Origin: Eledone cirrhosa
Lineage: Eukaryota
Assembly: GCA_964016885.1 (NCBI GenBank)
Contig: OZ024743.1
Location: 255,626,001 to 255,690,000, forward strand
Direction of reading: 5' to 3'
DNA length: 64,000 bases
This document shows, one piece after another, positions 1 to 12,300 of the stretch. The notes beneath the pieces are model-generated. The model saw only the letters and a list, made by a program, of their open reading frames with translations, had not been told where the DNA came from and ran no database searches. A program made the position numbers and the translations under genes. Within the stretch, counting starts at the first letter, position 1, and the number at the start of each line of letters is the position of its first letter.

Positions 1-156
1 CCTATTTCTCTTCTTTGATATATATATATATATATATATATATAAATGAAAGGTATAGAAAACACTGCAGCGAAAAGCCAACAGCACTTCATAATATATA
101 TATATATATATAATATTATTCAAAATATTAATAAATGAGAAATATCATAACCAAAG

Positions 157-227
157 TATATATTTTATTATACATATTTCAAAGGTACAATGGTGTTTCT
201 GTATGTTTTCATCAGATAAAATATATA
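157..227 (-). ncRNA. Type I hammerhead ribozyme motif (Penelope pLTR-type)
   Basis: Minus strand reads tatatattttat-CTGATGA-aaacatacag..ttgtaccttt-GAAA-tatgta-TA-ataaaatatata: 12-bp stem I, intact core, short near-palindromic stem III, AUA cleavage triplet. Confidence 0.75.
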
Positions 228-306
228 AGAGATTGGATATGTGACATACCGCTAAGGTACTTGAATCTTCAATTCCTGTAGTGGCAGTAAGTTATTATAT
301 ATATAT

Positions 307-657
307 ACCCCGTCCCACCACCCCCACCCCCACCCCATCCACACCACCCCGTTCTATGTAAAGTTATGTTGGTGCCGCGCCATCCAGGCCGAAACAAATG
401 AGATCGTGTAGGTGTCACGACAAAAAAACACACAGTCCACGCTGTAATGTGGCCGTGTAGGCAACACGGTAAAAACCTCCCAGACCCACACTGTAAATGT
501 GGTTGGTGTTAGGAAGGGCATCCAACTGTAGAAAACCTGCCAGACAGTCCTATGCGAGCAAGACAATCACTCTTGCCTCAAGTGGGACTACCCCCGTCCA
601 AACCCATGCAAGCGTGGAACACGGACGTTAAACGTTGATGATGATGATGATGATGAT
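307..657 (+). mobile_element. 5'-truncated RTE LINE copy (3' UTR only) with (GAT)n tail
   Basis: Nearly identical to 21227-21578, the 3' UTR of the intact RTE; ends ...ggacgttaaacgttgatgatgat. Confidence 0.9.
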
Positions 658-755
658 ATATTAAAAAATATATATAAACCCGTATAGCAAATATTTATCA
701 TTAGTGCAGATTAAAGTTTAAGCAAAGAATCGCTGCTTAATATGTACTAATATGA

Positions 756-760
<5 letters not shown>

Positions 761-852
<92 letters not shown>

Positions 853-866
853 TATATATGTATATA
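761..866. repeat. (TA)n microsatellite
   Basis: Direct reading; one of many similar tracts in the window. Confidence 0.95.
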
Positions 867-2452
867 TTTGAGAGAAAGAGAAAAAATGAGATGTGACACT
901 AAAATAACACAAACCAGTGCTCAGTAGTAACCAATGTGGATTCCATCACCTGGACAAGTTGTTGGAAATGTGTTGTTTGGAATGTTATCAAATAATAATT
1001 TCTAAATAATAATTCCAGTGAAATTCTTTGGAACATCTGCTGCCATCTGTTGCATATATTTCATATGTTCATGTCATTTATTAATGTCTTTTCTCCTGTT
1101 TTTTCGGGTGATATAGAACTAATCTGTCATCTGGTTTTAAACATTACAAACAACCATCACCACCATCCCACCTAACCTGGCCCTCAGGTGCTGGCTGTGT
1201 TGTCATTTGTGGAGTCTCTTTTGTTTCAAAATGCAGCCAGTTAGCAGAGATATTAGTAAGAAAGTTTTGTGTTATTTGTTCTGACACGTTGCACTCTGAG
1301 TTCAAATCTCACCGAGGTCAATTTAGTCTTTCACCATTTTGAGTTCGATAAATAACATAACAGTGTAGTATTGATGTTGATTCATCCTCTATATCTCTTT
1401 CTTATTTCCTCTCTCTTACTTTCCCTCTGTTTCTTTGGAAGAAATTGATTTCAGAGCTGGAGAGGCATGATTTCTACTTGGTTCAATTGCACCTCTGATG
1501 CCCCTACAACACAGGACTTAAAAGTTCATGGACAAAGGACATTTGTAAGCCCCTAAGCCAAACCTCTGATCAAAGATTAACTTCTTTGCACCTAAATTGG
1601 TGAGTTGGCAACATTTTTAAAGTATTGCATTAAGGGGCCCTGTGTATTTGTTCCTACTCTTTGAATTCTGCATTCAAATCCCACTATAGTCCACTTTGGT
1701 GAGATTTACAGTACATACCTACACAAGTTTAATTGGCCTCCTACGATGAAGTATCTCATAGAAGCTTTCTTGTGTGTTTAATGATAGGGGTTCCCTAGTC
1801 CTCTCATTAAAAAAAGCAATGCAAAATGTGTGTCTTTTTCAAGAACACAGCATAACACCAAGTCCTGGAATCTAACCCATAACAGTATGACCATAAATCT
1901 AATTTCCTAACCCCTAGACCACATGACTTCATAGTTAAACATTGCCTGGTTTAACATGACCACCACCTGGTATTTGGGTATCTTCAGCTGTGTCCACTTT
2001 GTGGCAAGCTTCCCGGCCAGATCTCTGATCCAAGGTTAATTTCTTTAAGCCACTTTTGGTGAATTGGTAGAGTTGTTAAAGCATTGACTTAAGTTTCTTG
2101 TGTTATTCTTTTCCTCCCTCTATAGCTTCAATTCAAATCTGAACAAGGTTCATTGATAAAGTGCTATTGCTCTAGGGTGGATTTTTGGAATTGGATGAGA
2201 TCCCTTATGGTTTGTGTTTTGAGTTGAAATCACATGTTGGCTTGCTTGGATTATGTACTTAAAGCATTGCCCTGTTTACCACCAGTAGTTGACCCTTGGG
2301 TGTCTTTGGCAGAATCTATTCTATTGTCCCATTTTACACCATTACCTGGCCCTTGGGTGGTATACTTAATCCATCACTTAGTATAACACTATCATCTGGC
2401 CCTTAGATGTCATTAGCAGAGTCCATTTTATTGGCTGTATTTGTACTATGGG

Positions 2453-2720
2453 TGGAGTCACATGACCTAGAGATCAGGGTGTTGGACTTACAATCGTAAT
2501 GTCGTGGGTTTGATTCCTGGGCTGTGTTGCATGTTGTGTTCTTGAGCAATACACTTCATTTCACATTGCTCCAGTATACTCAGTTGAAAATGAGTAGCAG
2601 CAATAGCTGGGGGTTTGGCCCTGCAATGGAATGGCATCCTATCCAGAGGGGAGTCTTGTTCTCTCAGTCACTTCATGACATGAAACCAGGATAAGCACTG
2701 GCTCAACCGCTGCTTGCAGC
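2453..2720 (+). mobile_element. Degenerate tRNA-derived SINE (same family as 8651-8997)
   Basis: tRNA-like head followed by tgttcttgagcaatacacttcatttcacattgctccagt core shared with the 8651 copy. Confidence 0.6.
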
Positions 2721-3282
2721 ACACAAGGGCATGCATCCATTTGGACTAAGTCTTTGGTTTAAGTATACATTTTCTCTCTCCCACCAGTCTAACAGACACT
2801 GTACTTTTCTTCCCGAGTAAAGAGTAAAAAAGAAAATTAAAGGTGATTTAACTGCAATGTCTAACCAAGTCAGGAACAACATAGAGTGCTAGTTTTTGGC
2901 TAGTGTTAAACAAGATGGTGATTGAAGTGAAACAGCATTTTTAGTAAAGCAATAAAAAGAAATACAGCCAAAAAATATAAAAGAAAACAAAAGGATTCCA
3001 TATGATTGTTTAACTGTCTTTATTTTTGGCACTTTTATTTTTGCATTTTTATTAAATTTATTTATTAAAGAAAAAAGTTATTTGCGAAAAATTGAATTAC
3101 ATTCTGATGTGATCGCGATTCAATTTGTGTACTCTCTGCCAAAATGTCTCACATTTTTCCAATAAAGAGAATGTTTTAGTTTTGTCGTAAAGGCAAAGAA
3201 TAATGGTAAGTGGAAGGAAGAGGAGAGTTCTTACACCTGATTTAAAAATACTCCTGGCTATTGAGAAGCTTATTGTTTTAAG

Positions 3283-3662
3283 ATGCTGCTATATAGTTTT
3301 GTTGCTGAAGTTATTACTGTTTTTGTAGTTGTTGCTGTAGTAATGGTTGTAGTAGTAGTGGTGATGGTGGTAGTAGTTGTAATAGAAGTATTTGTTGTTG
3401 TTCTTTTGGTTGGTGTAGTTACAGATGGTATTCTTGCTGCTGCAGCAATAGTTTTTGTTGTAGTAGTTACTGTTGTTGTAGTTGTTATTGTTCTTGTTGT
3501 TATTCATGTTACTGTTGCATTTTTCTTGTTTCTCTTTTTGTTGAGGTTACTGGTGTTGTAGATGCAGTGATTGTTGTTGCTGTTTTAGTAGTAGTAGTAG
3601 TAGTAGTAGGTAGTAGTAGTAGTAGTAGTAGTAGTTGTAGTAGTTGTAGTTGTAGTAGTAGT
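3283..3662. repeat. (GTT/GTA)n low-complexity tract
   Basis: Trinucleotide-rich sequence producing spurious poly-V/poly-N ORFs. Confidence 0.85.
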
Positions 3663-4038
3663 TTATTTTGTTTTGTTTTATTGCTTTCTCTAAATAATCA
3701 AAGTTTATACACTTACTTACACAGATATTTCTAAAGAACGTCAAAAGACAAAAGAATGAAAATATAATGAAACAAAATAATGAAAATTATTAAGATTAAA
3801 AGTTCAATGAAACTAAAATAAATAGAAGTAAAGTTGAACATTGCAATTATAATACAGCAGGTGAAAATATTTAAACCACAAATAAAAGGTAAAATAAATG
3901 TATGTGTGTCTGTTTGTGTGCATATATATGTACAACCCCTGCTGACTACAGCTATTTTTACTGCCAAAACATCAGCAATGCAGTACAGAATCTGCTTTTG
4001 AAATGGCAAGAGCTCAGCCGTTGGGATCCTGACTCTTT

Positions 4039-4102
<64 letters not shown>

Positions 4103-4230
4103 ATTATGGAAAGCACTCAACGTAATGCAACTCACCCATCTTCGTTTGTGTAGTTGGTGGTGCGAGTACATAGTTAATTATTATAAAATAACGGGAGGCT
4201 AGACTGGTGTACTTCCTTGAAAGGTTTATT

Positions 4231-4273
4231 ATACTATGATCATTTCAATGAATCCGGTGACATCATCAGGTAT
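4231..4273 (-). ncRNA. Minimal type I hammerhead ribozyme
   Basis: atac-CTGATGA-tgtcaccggattcatt-GAAA-tgatca-TA-gtat; palindromic stem III; stem II shortened relative to the partner copy. Confidence 0.7.
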
Positions 4274-5549
4274 TTGAAATATAACAAAGGAATACAATAG
4301 ACAAAATCCATGGGGCTGAGAATCAGAGACATGAGGGCGACCGAACATTCAGCATCTTCTACCTTGGCCAGCCGCCCTCAAGTGTTGACTATTAAGCCTA
4401 CTTATGTCCATCTAGTGAAGGGGCATAGGCTTATCATGTACTACTACCCCTCGTCAAAGACAGAGGCTAACACTGAGATCAGGTTACAATCAAGCTGATC
4501 ATGCGCACTAGAAAGTGCAGCAAAAAAAATTATTTCAAAGACGTATATCTCGTCAACAAAGCTACATATAGTAATATATAGTGGGCGTCTGCATGGTATA
4601 ATGTATGGAGAGAAATTTCCCCTTCTTTCGGCAAACAAAATTACTAGGAACGGCTGCTTCGCCCTGGGGTCCTGTCAGACTTGGAACCTGCCACGCCACC
4701 GGTTATTGACCGCCAAACAGTATCTTTAAATTCTAGGCTTAATCATAACTTATAACTGTATCATGTCTCCTTCTACTAGCACTTAACTAAATCCCCCACC
4801 AGTGTGAATAACTAGTAATCGTTTGGTATATTCGATGGCCAGTCGGTGGTGGCGGACTTCCCACTAGTACACCTGATGCTTAAGCCAGTTACATTCCTGG
4901 AGTGCTCGGGAAAATAAATTTCCATTTCTTTCTGACACGCCGTTGGGCCGCAGGCTGGCGAGAGGTCCGTAACGTCATTGGTTATTGACAGCTAAACATG
5001 GGTTTAATCTTTACTCTATATTTTACCTTGAAACTTTATCGTGACTATCTATAATACATTTAAACTTTTTCATAAAAGTCTCCATCAGTAAGTTCCTTTA
5101 AGTTAATCTCATAACTTTATACTTAAACCTTATTTTTCTAATTTCATCTTAATTGGCACCATCTAAACCTAAACATAAATTTAACGTTTCTAATTGTTAA
5201 TCATAATTTCTCTCCATACATTATACCATGCAGACGCCCACTATATATTACTATATGTAGCTTTGTTGAAGAGATATATGTTCTTTGAAATAATGATTTT
5301 TGCAGCACTTTCTAGCATGCATGACCAGCTAGATTGTAACCTGATCTCAGTGTTAGCCTCTGTCTTTGACGAGGGGTAGTAGTACATGATAAGCCTATGC
5401 CCCATCACTAGATGGACATAAGTAGGCTTAATAGTCAACACCTGAGGGCGGCCGGCCAAGGAAGAAGATACTGAATGTTCGGTCGTCCTCATGTCTCTGA
5501 TTCTCAGCCCCATGAATTTTGTCTATTGTATTCCTTTGTTATATTTCAA

Positions 5550-5607
5550 ATACCTGATGATGTCACTGGATTCATACTGAACCCGGTCATTGAAATGACC
5601 ATAGTAT
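5550..5607 (+). ncRNA. Type I hammerhead ribozyme
   Basis: atac-CTGATGA-tgtcactggattcatactgaacccggtcatt-GAAA-tgacca-TA-gtat; stem II pairs actgg/ccggt and ttca/tgaa. Confidence 0.75.
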
Positions 5608-6132
5608 AATAAACCTTTCAAGGAAGTACACCAGTCCAGCCTCTTGTTATATTATAATATGTATATATATATATATATATGTGTGTGTATATATATATGT
5701 GTATACATATATGTGTGTATATATATATATATGTGTGTATATATATATATGCATATATATATGTGTGTATATATATATGTGTGTATATATATATATGTGT
5801 ATGTATATATATATATATGTGTGTATATATATATATGTGTATATATATATATATATGCATATATATATGTGTGTATATATATATATGTATGTGTATATAT
5901 ATATACATATATATATATACACATATGAAAATTGCAAACTTGACTGTTACCACTGAATATGAACCTGAAGATTGCGAAAGCATGAAAGTACTTGTTCAAT
6001 TAACACTTAACATTTAATATTCTACCATACTATTTCATTATAATATCATTATAATTTTAAAGGATTGTAAATGAAATGAGTAAATCAGACAAAGTTGGAA
6101 TTCCTTTTATTAATATACATATATATATATGC

Positions 6133-7545
6133 ATCTGGTTTGGTCCAGACCTCCAGGTGGACAAGTACTGGAACAAGGTCAGGCGAAGGTGTTTGCACTC
6201 ACCCAGAAGTGTGCTGAGTGCAAACTCTCCTTGAAAGATCCAGCAAAGGTGGCGAACACTTACATAGTGTCCGTCATCTACTACCGCTTGACAGTCGTAC
6301 CTTGTCCACGCGAACACCTCACCAAAATGGAATGCCTACTCTTCAAGTTCCTATGGAAGAAACAGGCTCCATTGGTGAGGTGATTCATCTGCTGCCAACA
6401 CCCTTCTAACAGCGGGCTGGCCATGCCGTGGCTGATGATGCACATCACGCACTGAGGCTACACCATCTCCAGGTATTCCTGACCAGCGAACTTGTGTGGC
6501 TGTTGTTTATGATACGAGCTCTTCCACAACTCATCTCGCTAAGAGAGCTGAAGTCCTGGGTCAAGTTTAGACTAAAAATGGAAGCCTGGTACTTTGGGTG
6601 CCGTAAGGCACTTACAGCCCTCTACCAAGTGGAAACGGCAATCAGTAGAGACTTCACTTCGACACTCTATAGGGGATTAGTGGAGGATAAGTGCGACAAC
6701 GTTCTCAGGGAAACTCTAAGCATCGAGGAGGACGAACTGACCAGTCTGTTCAGGAGGACTTTCCGTCCAGGGCCTATGGATAACTTCCTGAGGTCTCTGG
6801 CCAGGCAGTGCTACTGAGGAGCTCTACCAGTTCAAGACAAAATCTACAGGCACGGATGCCCTGGCCGAGATCCTGCCAAAAGGATCTGTCCAAGATGTGA
6901 GCAGGACATCGAAACCATTCTGCATGTAATTGTTCAGTTCCCAGGGGTGACTGACCGGTGGAATTATGTCGGACAGCTACTGTCACGTGTGGGGCACATC
7001 CAGTTGTCAGCCGAGTCCATTGTGAGGATCACCCCCACCTTCATTTAGGAATGAAGGGGAGGCGGTTTTCCTCTGTCTGGTGGCTATGGCGAAAGAGGTA
7101 ATATGGTGGATGAGGTTAAAAAGACTGAGGGCAAACACCTTTCTCTCCAGACAACAACTGATCCCTTTCAGAAGGATGGTGAGAGTGGAGAGAGTTGTGT
7201 TGCACCCCAGTAAATTCATTGAAAAGTGGGTGAATGTGGAAAAAATGGCCCGAGTGAATGGGCCTTCTCTGTATATTTACTTGTAGGTTGAGGAAGACAA
7301 ACAGAGGGAAGATGGGAACATCTACAAAACGTGTTCCTGGTGTTGAGGATTGTTCTATCCATGGGGTATAAAACAACCCCACAGTAACGTTCCCCCTATA
7401 GCGGAGTTCGATTGTTTTATTTTGTATATATTTTATTATTATCCATTATTATTGTTAAAGATTTTATGTAAAACCCACACCGTCATGTCTTGTAATGTCG
7501 CATTTTTGTATGCCACTGTGGCAAATAAAGAAATATATCTATCAT
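6133..7545 (+). mobile_element. Degenerate 3' fragment of Tx1/L1-clade LINE
   Basis: ORF pieces (KLSLKDPAKVANTYIVSVIYYRLTVVPCP; GPMDNF; ARVNGPSLYIYL) parallel ORF2 at 36927-38303; AATAAAGAAA end. Confidence 0.85.
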
Positions 7546-7857
7546 CATTATCATCATCATCATTTTACGTCCGCTTTTCACTGCTTGTGTGTATGCATAT
7601 ATCTATCTATATATGTATGTCTGTGTGTGTGTTTGTAACAGTAAACTAAACAAAATCTCATCAACATTTATTTTAGTTAGTTTGTAAAGTTTAAAAACGT
7701 TACTAAACATTTGTAGGTGATATGACAACCTGAGGCTAGAAGATTCTTTTCAAATTATTGCTTCTCTCTCTCTCCTCTTGTTAGAAAATCTATTCGGAGT
7801 AATAATGGGCAAATAGAAATTGGTTTTCAATATATTTTTAGATGATCTACACTTCTG

Positions 7858-8252
7858 TTGGTGATGGGAAATGATATGTTGGTGGTATTGATGGTGATAA
7901 TGATGATGATGGGGATAATTGTGGTTAAAGACATGACATTGGTGAGTATGATGGGAGTGATGATGATGATGGTGATGATGGTGGTGGTGATGATGATGGT
8001 GATGGTGATAGTGATGATGGCGGTGACGGCGAGGATGATGATGATGTGGATAATAATAATGGTGATTATGATTATGATGAACATAATGATGATTATGATG
8101 ATGAGGATTATGATGGCTATGCTGATAGTGGTAGTGATGATTATGGTGGTAGTGATGATGATGATGATGATGGTGATCATGGTGGTAATAGGGTATCATG
8201 ATATTGTTGATGGTGATAAGGAAAATTGTGTAGAATGATGATGATGATGATA
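7858..8252. repeat. (GAT/GGT)n low-complexity tract
   Basis: Direct reading; source of poly-H/poly-M ORFs. Confidence 0.85.
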
Positions 8253-8650
8253 ATTGATAACATTGTTGGCTATTAATGTTAAGGTTTGTTTATTGGCATT
8301 ACAGTTTAGTTTGGGTTTGGGTGAGGTTTTGATTTGGTTTACGGTGAAAGTTATTGTTTGTGAATTATAATGTATAACAGGTTTGAAAGGAGTGTGTAGA
8401 ATACATGGAAACAGCACCACACCTCCCCATAATATAGTGAATACCACAACAACGAAGGAAATAAATTCAAAATGGCCTACAGAAACCAGTCCACTGTTTC
8501 CAGAACATTCTGTAGCTATATATATCTTTCCAAGATATTTATTGGCATATAATGCCAGAAAAGAACGTGTATATATCCATAACACACACATACACACACA
8601 CACACATATATATATAAATATACACACACATACACATATATATATATATA

Positions 8651-8997
8651 GGCACATGGATTAGTGGTTAGAGCATTGGCCTTGCAATCGAAAGGTTGTG
8701 AGTTCAATTCTCAGGCCGGGTGATGTGTTGTTTCCTTGAGCAAGACACTTTATTTCACATTGCTCCAGTTTACTCAGCTGTAGAAATAATGAGATGATAG
8801 AGACTGCGGTCCATATCATTCCACTGCAAAGTGGTCGTGGAGGTGCCACGGCAAAAAAGCACCCAGCACTCACTGTAAATTAGGTTGGTGTTAGGAAGGG
8901 CATCCAGCTGTAGAAATCAAGCCAGAATCAGTTCCCGTCCCACCCTTGCAAGCAGGGAAAAGCGGACGTAAAATGATGATGATGATGATGACGATGA
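8651..8997 (+). mobile_element. tRNA-derived SINE with RTE-type 3' end
   Basis: A/B-box-like head (tagtggttagagc...gagttcaattc); 3' part aggaagggcatccagctgtagaa...ggacgtaaaatgatgatg matches the RTE 3' UTR. Confidence 0.75.
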
Positions 8998-9015
8998 TAT
9001 AATATACATATATAT

Positions 9016-9058
9016 ACGGTGCTGATGACAGCTAATAAGCTAGAAACTAGTTCATCGT
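9016..9058 (+). ncRNA. Minimal type I hammerhead ribozyme in a small pLTR-like fragment
   Basis: acggtg-CTGATGA-cagctaataagcta-GAAA-ctag-TT-catcgt; 6-bp stem I, agct/agct stem II, palindromic CUAG stem III; lies between TA repeats. Confidence 0.75.
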
Positions 9059-9182
9059 TCTTTTGTCAGTGTTGAACAAAAGGGCAATGATGGTTGCCGA
9101 ACACTGTATGGCTAATAATTCGGGCTGTTTGTTTAAAAACAAACCGAGCATTATAATAAATGTTCGGTAAACACATACGTAC

Positions 9183-9248
<66 letters not shown>

Positions 9249-9371
9249 ATATATATACATATTCATGTATATATATATATTTGTATATATATATATGTAT
9301 ACATATATTCATGAAATAACATGAAAAACTTAAGACGTATTAGGTTTTCTTAATAAAGCACGCAACTTCTA

Positions 9372-12300
9372 TTAAACTTTAATATGTTCTTATTATAAAT
9401 GTATATATATATGTGTGTGGTATTTAACTAATGTATTGGTATGCAATGGGGCCCACCCATAGCCCCGGCGGCCAGAATGGAGAAGGCGTTTCCCCGGAAG
9501 ACGGCAAGGGAGACGCGCTGGAAAAGCCACTCCAACTCGTGGGGCTCAGACCTGCGGCTGGCCAGCTCAGCGCCTATGGTGATGAGTAAGGAGGTAGCCC
9601 TGGGGCCGAGGACACCAGAAGTTTCCACTGCCAGGGTAACGACCGCAAACCGACATGCAGCAGAACCTGGGTCAGTCACAGACTGCACCAGGTTGCGGCT
9701 GCAGAAAGTGTCGGTGCAAGTGGCATCCCAGACGAGGGGTTTGCCACTGCGGAACGGGAAGATGGTCATGCCATCTGGCCTTTTGCCGCCCCCTCGATCC
9801 AGCCCCACCGGCTTGAGCTGGGAAGGGAAGCCTGCAGCATCTAAGCCATGCTTAATGACCTCGTTGAGGGCAGTATGGTGTGGAATGCGGCCGGCACTGT
9901 GGCGACAGGAAAGCGGGTGGAGGCCGAAAGAGTCCACGGTGGAACCGCAGCGACATTGGTGTGGCTGGCAGATCCGGAGGCTGAACCTCAGGGAAACGCC
10001 GATTCGCAGGCTATGGTTGTCTAGCTGTGTGCCAGTGGGGAAGGAGGGCAGAGCATGGAGCCAGGCACCACTGTGGGGTTTGGAGGCTGCACAAAAACAA
10101 GCAAGGCAGTGCTGGTGGATCTGGCGCGTGAGCCTGTCTGAGACCAGGCTGCACTGGATGGCATCCCAAGTGCGTTGGGGGGACTTGACGTCAACAGGGG
10201 AGAAGGAGGAGGGACGTCTACTGGGCTAAGTCCCAGCCGGTCCCACGTCTCACAGGCGGTCTCACGTTCTCTGAACACAGAGGGTTCTGTTGTGTTTTGA
10301 AGAACCCTGCTGACGAGGACGCGGCACGAGGTTACCGCCGAAAGATATGCCGGCAAAGCTAGTGAGATCGGGGACCGGAGGCCTAGGCCGCCATACCTGA
10401 CCGGTAAAGTGGCTTGTTGCCACCCTATGTCGTCAAACTTGACATTGCATATCCCCTCGGCTGCTGCTCGAATACAAGTATCGAGGTCAGCGAGGAGAGA
10501 TGTCTGGGTGTAGCATGGAGCACTGCAGAGTGTAGAGAGGAGCTTCGGCATGGCGAAGCAGTTCCTCAGTAGAAAGAGAGCTGGGTGGCCGTCAATCAAG
10601 CCCAGTCGGCTCGTGAGAGTCTGGAGCTGTTGAAGCCTGGACCTGATGGTAGAGCGGATGGCCGGCGGGTGGATCGGTGACCCGAGGATGAGGACATCCT
10701 CTTTGGGGGTCACCTGAACCTGGCGGAGAATGGACCGCACGTCCAAGACGGAGGTTACACAGCTCGCAACATCGAGGCTGACGTTCAGCACCTCCGATTT
10801 GGCCGAGTTGACCTGGAGGCCAATTCCCGCCAGGGAAGGAATCACCGATTGAAGCTCTCAGCAGACCGTCTGTACGGGCCCGCCCAACGTAGCATCATCC
10901 AAATACCAAACGTTGAGAGGGGCCGTGATACTCCGGGCGATGTGGTCAATACCAAGGGCGAATAGGAGGGGACCCAAAGGGTCGCCCTGTTGGACCCCAG
11001 TAGCCGAGGGTATGACCGTATCAGCAGCTAGGAGCATGCTCGGGGCTCCATATGACAGGTAGGCCAGCGGGTAGGTAGAGGGGGCTCGGCTGAAGTAAGC
11101 CTCGAGCAGATGATCCCGGCGTAAAGAGTTAAAGGCATTCCTCATGTCAAGCTTGACAATGAGGTGCCTGGAATCCCTGGATGCCGGTACCGATATGCAG
11201 CTGCGGAAGAACTGCCTGATTGCATGAGATGCTCCTTCACAGACACCGGACATGCCGACACCCAGTTGCACCGGACTAAACTCCTCACCCAGTTCGTGTG
11301 TGACGGACTTGCAGATCACCTTGGCAGCCAGCCCCCGGAACACATTGCCCACAGCAATGTGGCGTATGCCACCCTCTTTCTTCCTGAGAGCGGTGAGGCT
11401 GGCCGAAAAAAAGATGCCTCGGGTGTAAGGGTCGAGGGCACCATGAATGAGCCTATTGGTGAGCTCCACAATTGCACTCAGAAGGCGGCGCCCGGCCTCA
11501 GCGGAGAGGGAGATGTCAACTCCTTGAGGTGGCCTGGTTGGAGACCATCAACACCTCCGCAGCTGCTAGCTGGGAAGGACCTGATGGCGGACATGATATC
11601 TGCATCAGTAGCCACAAGGAGCAGGTGGGGGTATGGGTCTGAGATCAGTGGGTGGCTCAGGGTGTTTGAGCAGCAGAGCAGCCAGGATCTCCTCGGTGGG
11701 TTGGCGGACAGCGTTTTCTGAGGCAACAACTCTGACTGCGGCCGAGACATCACCCATGATAAGCTTTGCGTTTACCCGGTCACACAAACGCTTGGCGCTG
11801 ACCTCGGGGATGGAGGATAGGGGGTACCTGATGGTGGGGTGTGTGGTGTCTCTGGGCACGCTTGGAATGGGCGTTCGCCCAAATGACGAGACATTGGCCT
11901 TGACGAAGGGTGCTGTTGACCGGCCGCCCTGGTCAGCGCCAGAGCTGGGGAGGCCGAGGGCGAGTGGGGCGAAATAGAACAGCCGCTCCCAGTCACTGGC
12001 TCGATTGGAGTCCAGGGCTTTCTCAATCGAGGAAGCGAGGGCATCGGCTACCGGCACCCGTGCCGCTCTCGGGATTCTGAGTGGGATCTTCCGGAGCCGC
12101 CTGAGCCGATCGATGTTGACCAGCGAGGCTCGAGCGTCAGGCAAGCTCACTGTCCCATCTGGTGGTGTGCCAGACGGCCGTGGCTGGGAAGACGTGGGGA
12201 AGAGGCAGCTCCTGCACCTCCACGCTGCGAGGGCATTGGAAGCTCGACGAGTCAAGCCAATGCAGGTGAGGTGGTGGAAGCAGCCGCACCCCAAACAGTC

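Larger units (their letters stand above)
4188..5650. mobile_element. Non-coding fold-back element with ~430-bp terminal inverted repeats, each carrying a hammerhead (Penelope-like, non-autonomous)
   Basis: 4188-4617 is the reverse complement of 5205-5650 with a few substitutions/indels; ~590-bp ORF-less spacer; hammerheads near both outer ends; (TA/TG)n tract on the right. Confidence 0.8.

Noticed and set aside
4310-5513. Mirror-image ORFs MGLRIRDMR... on both strands
   Set aside because: Consequence of the inverted repeat; short, no recognisable domain, stop position differs between arms
8381-8570. Plus-strand open segment GLKGVCRIHGNSTTPPHN... after an AG
   Set aside because: Weak acceptor, no good donor, no recognisable homology; cannot be supported as an exon
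8651-8720. tRNA-like sequences (also 2455, 13870, SINE heads)
   Set aside because: SINE heads without a complete cloverleaf; not tRNA genes
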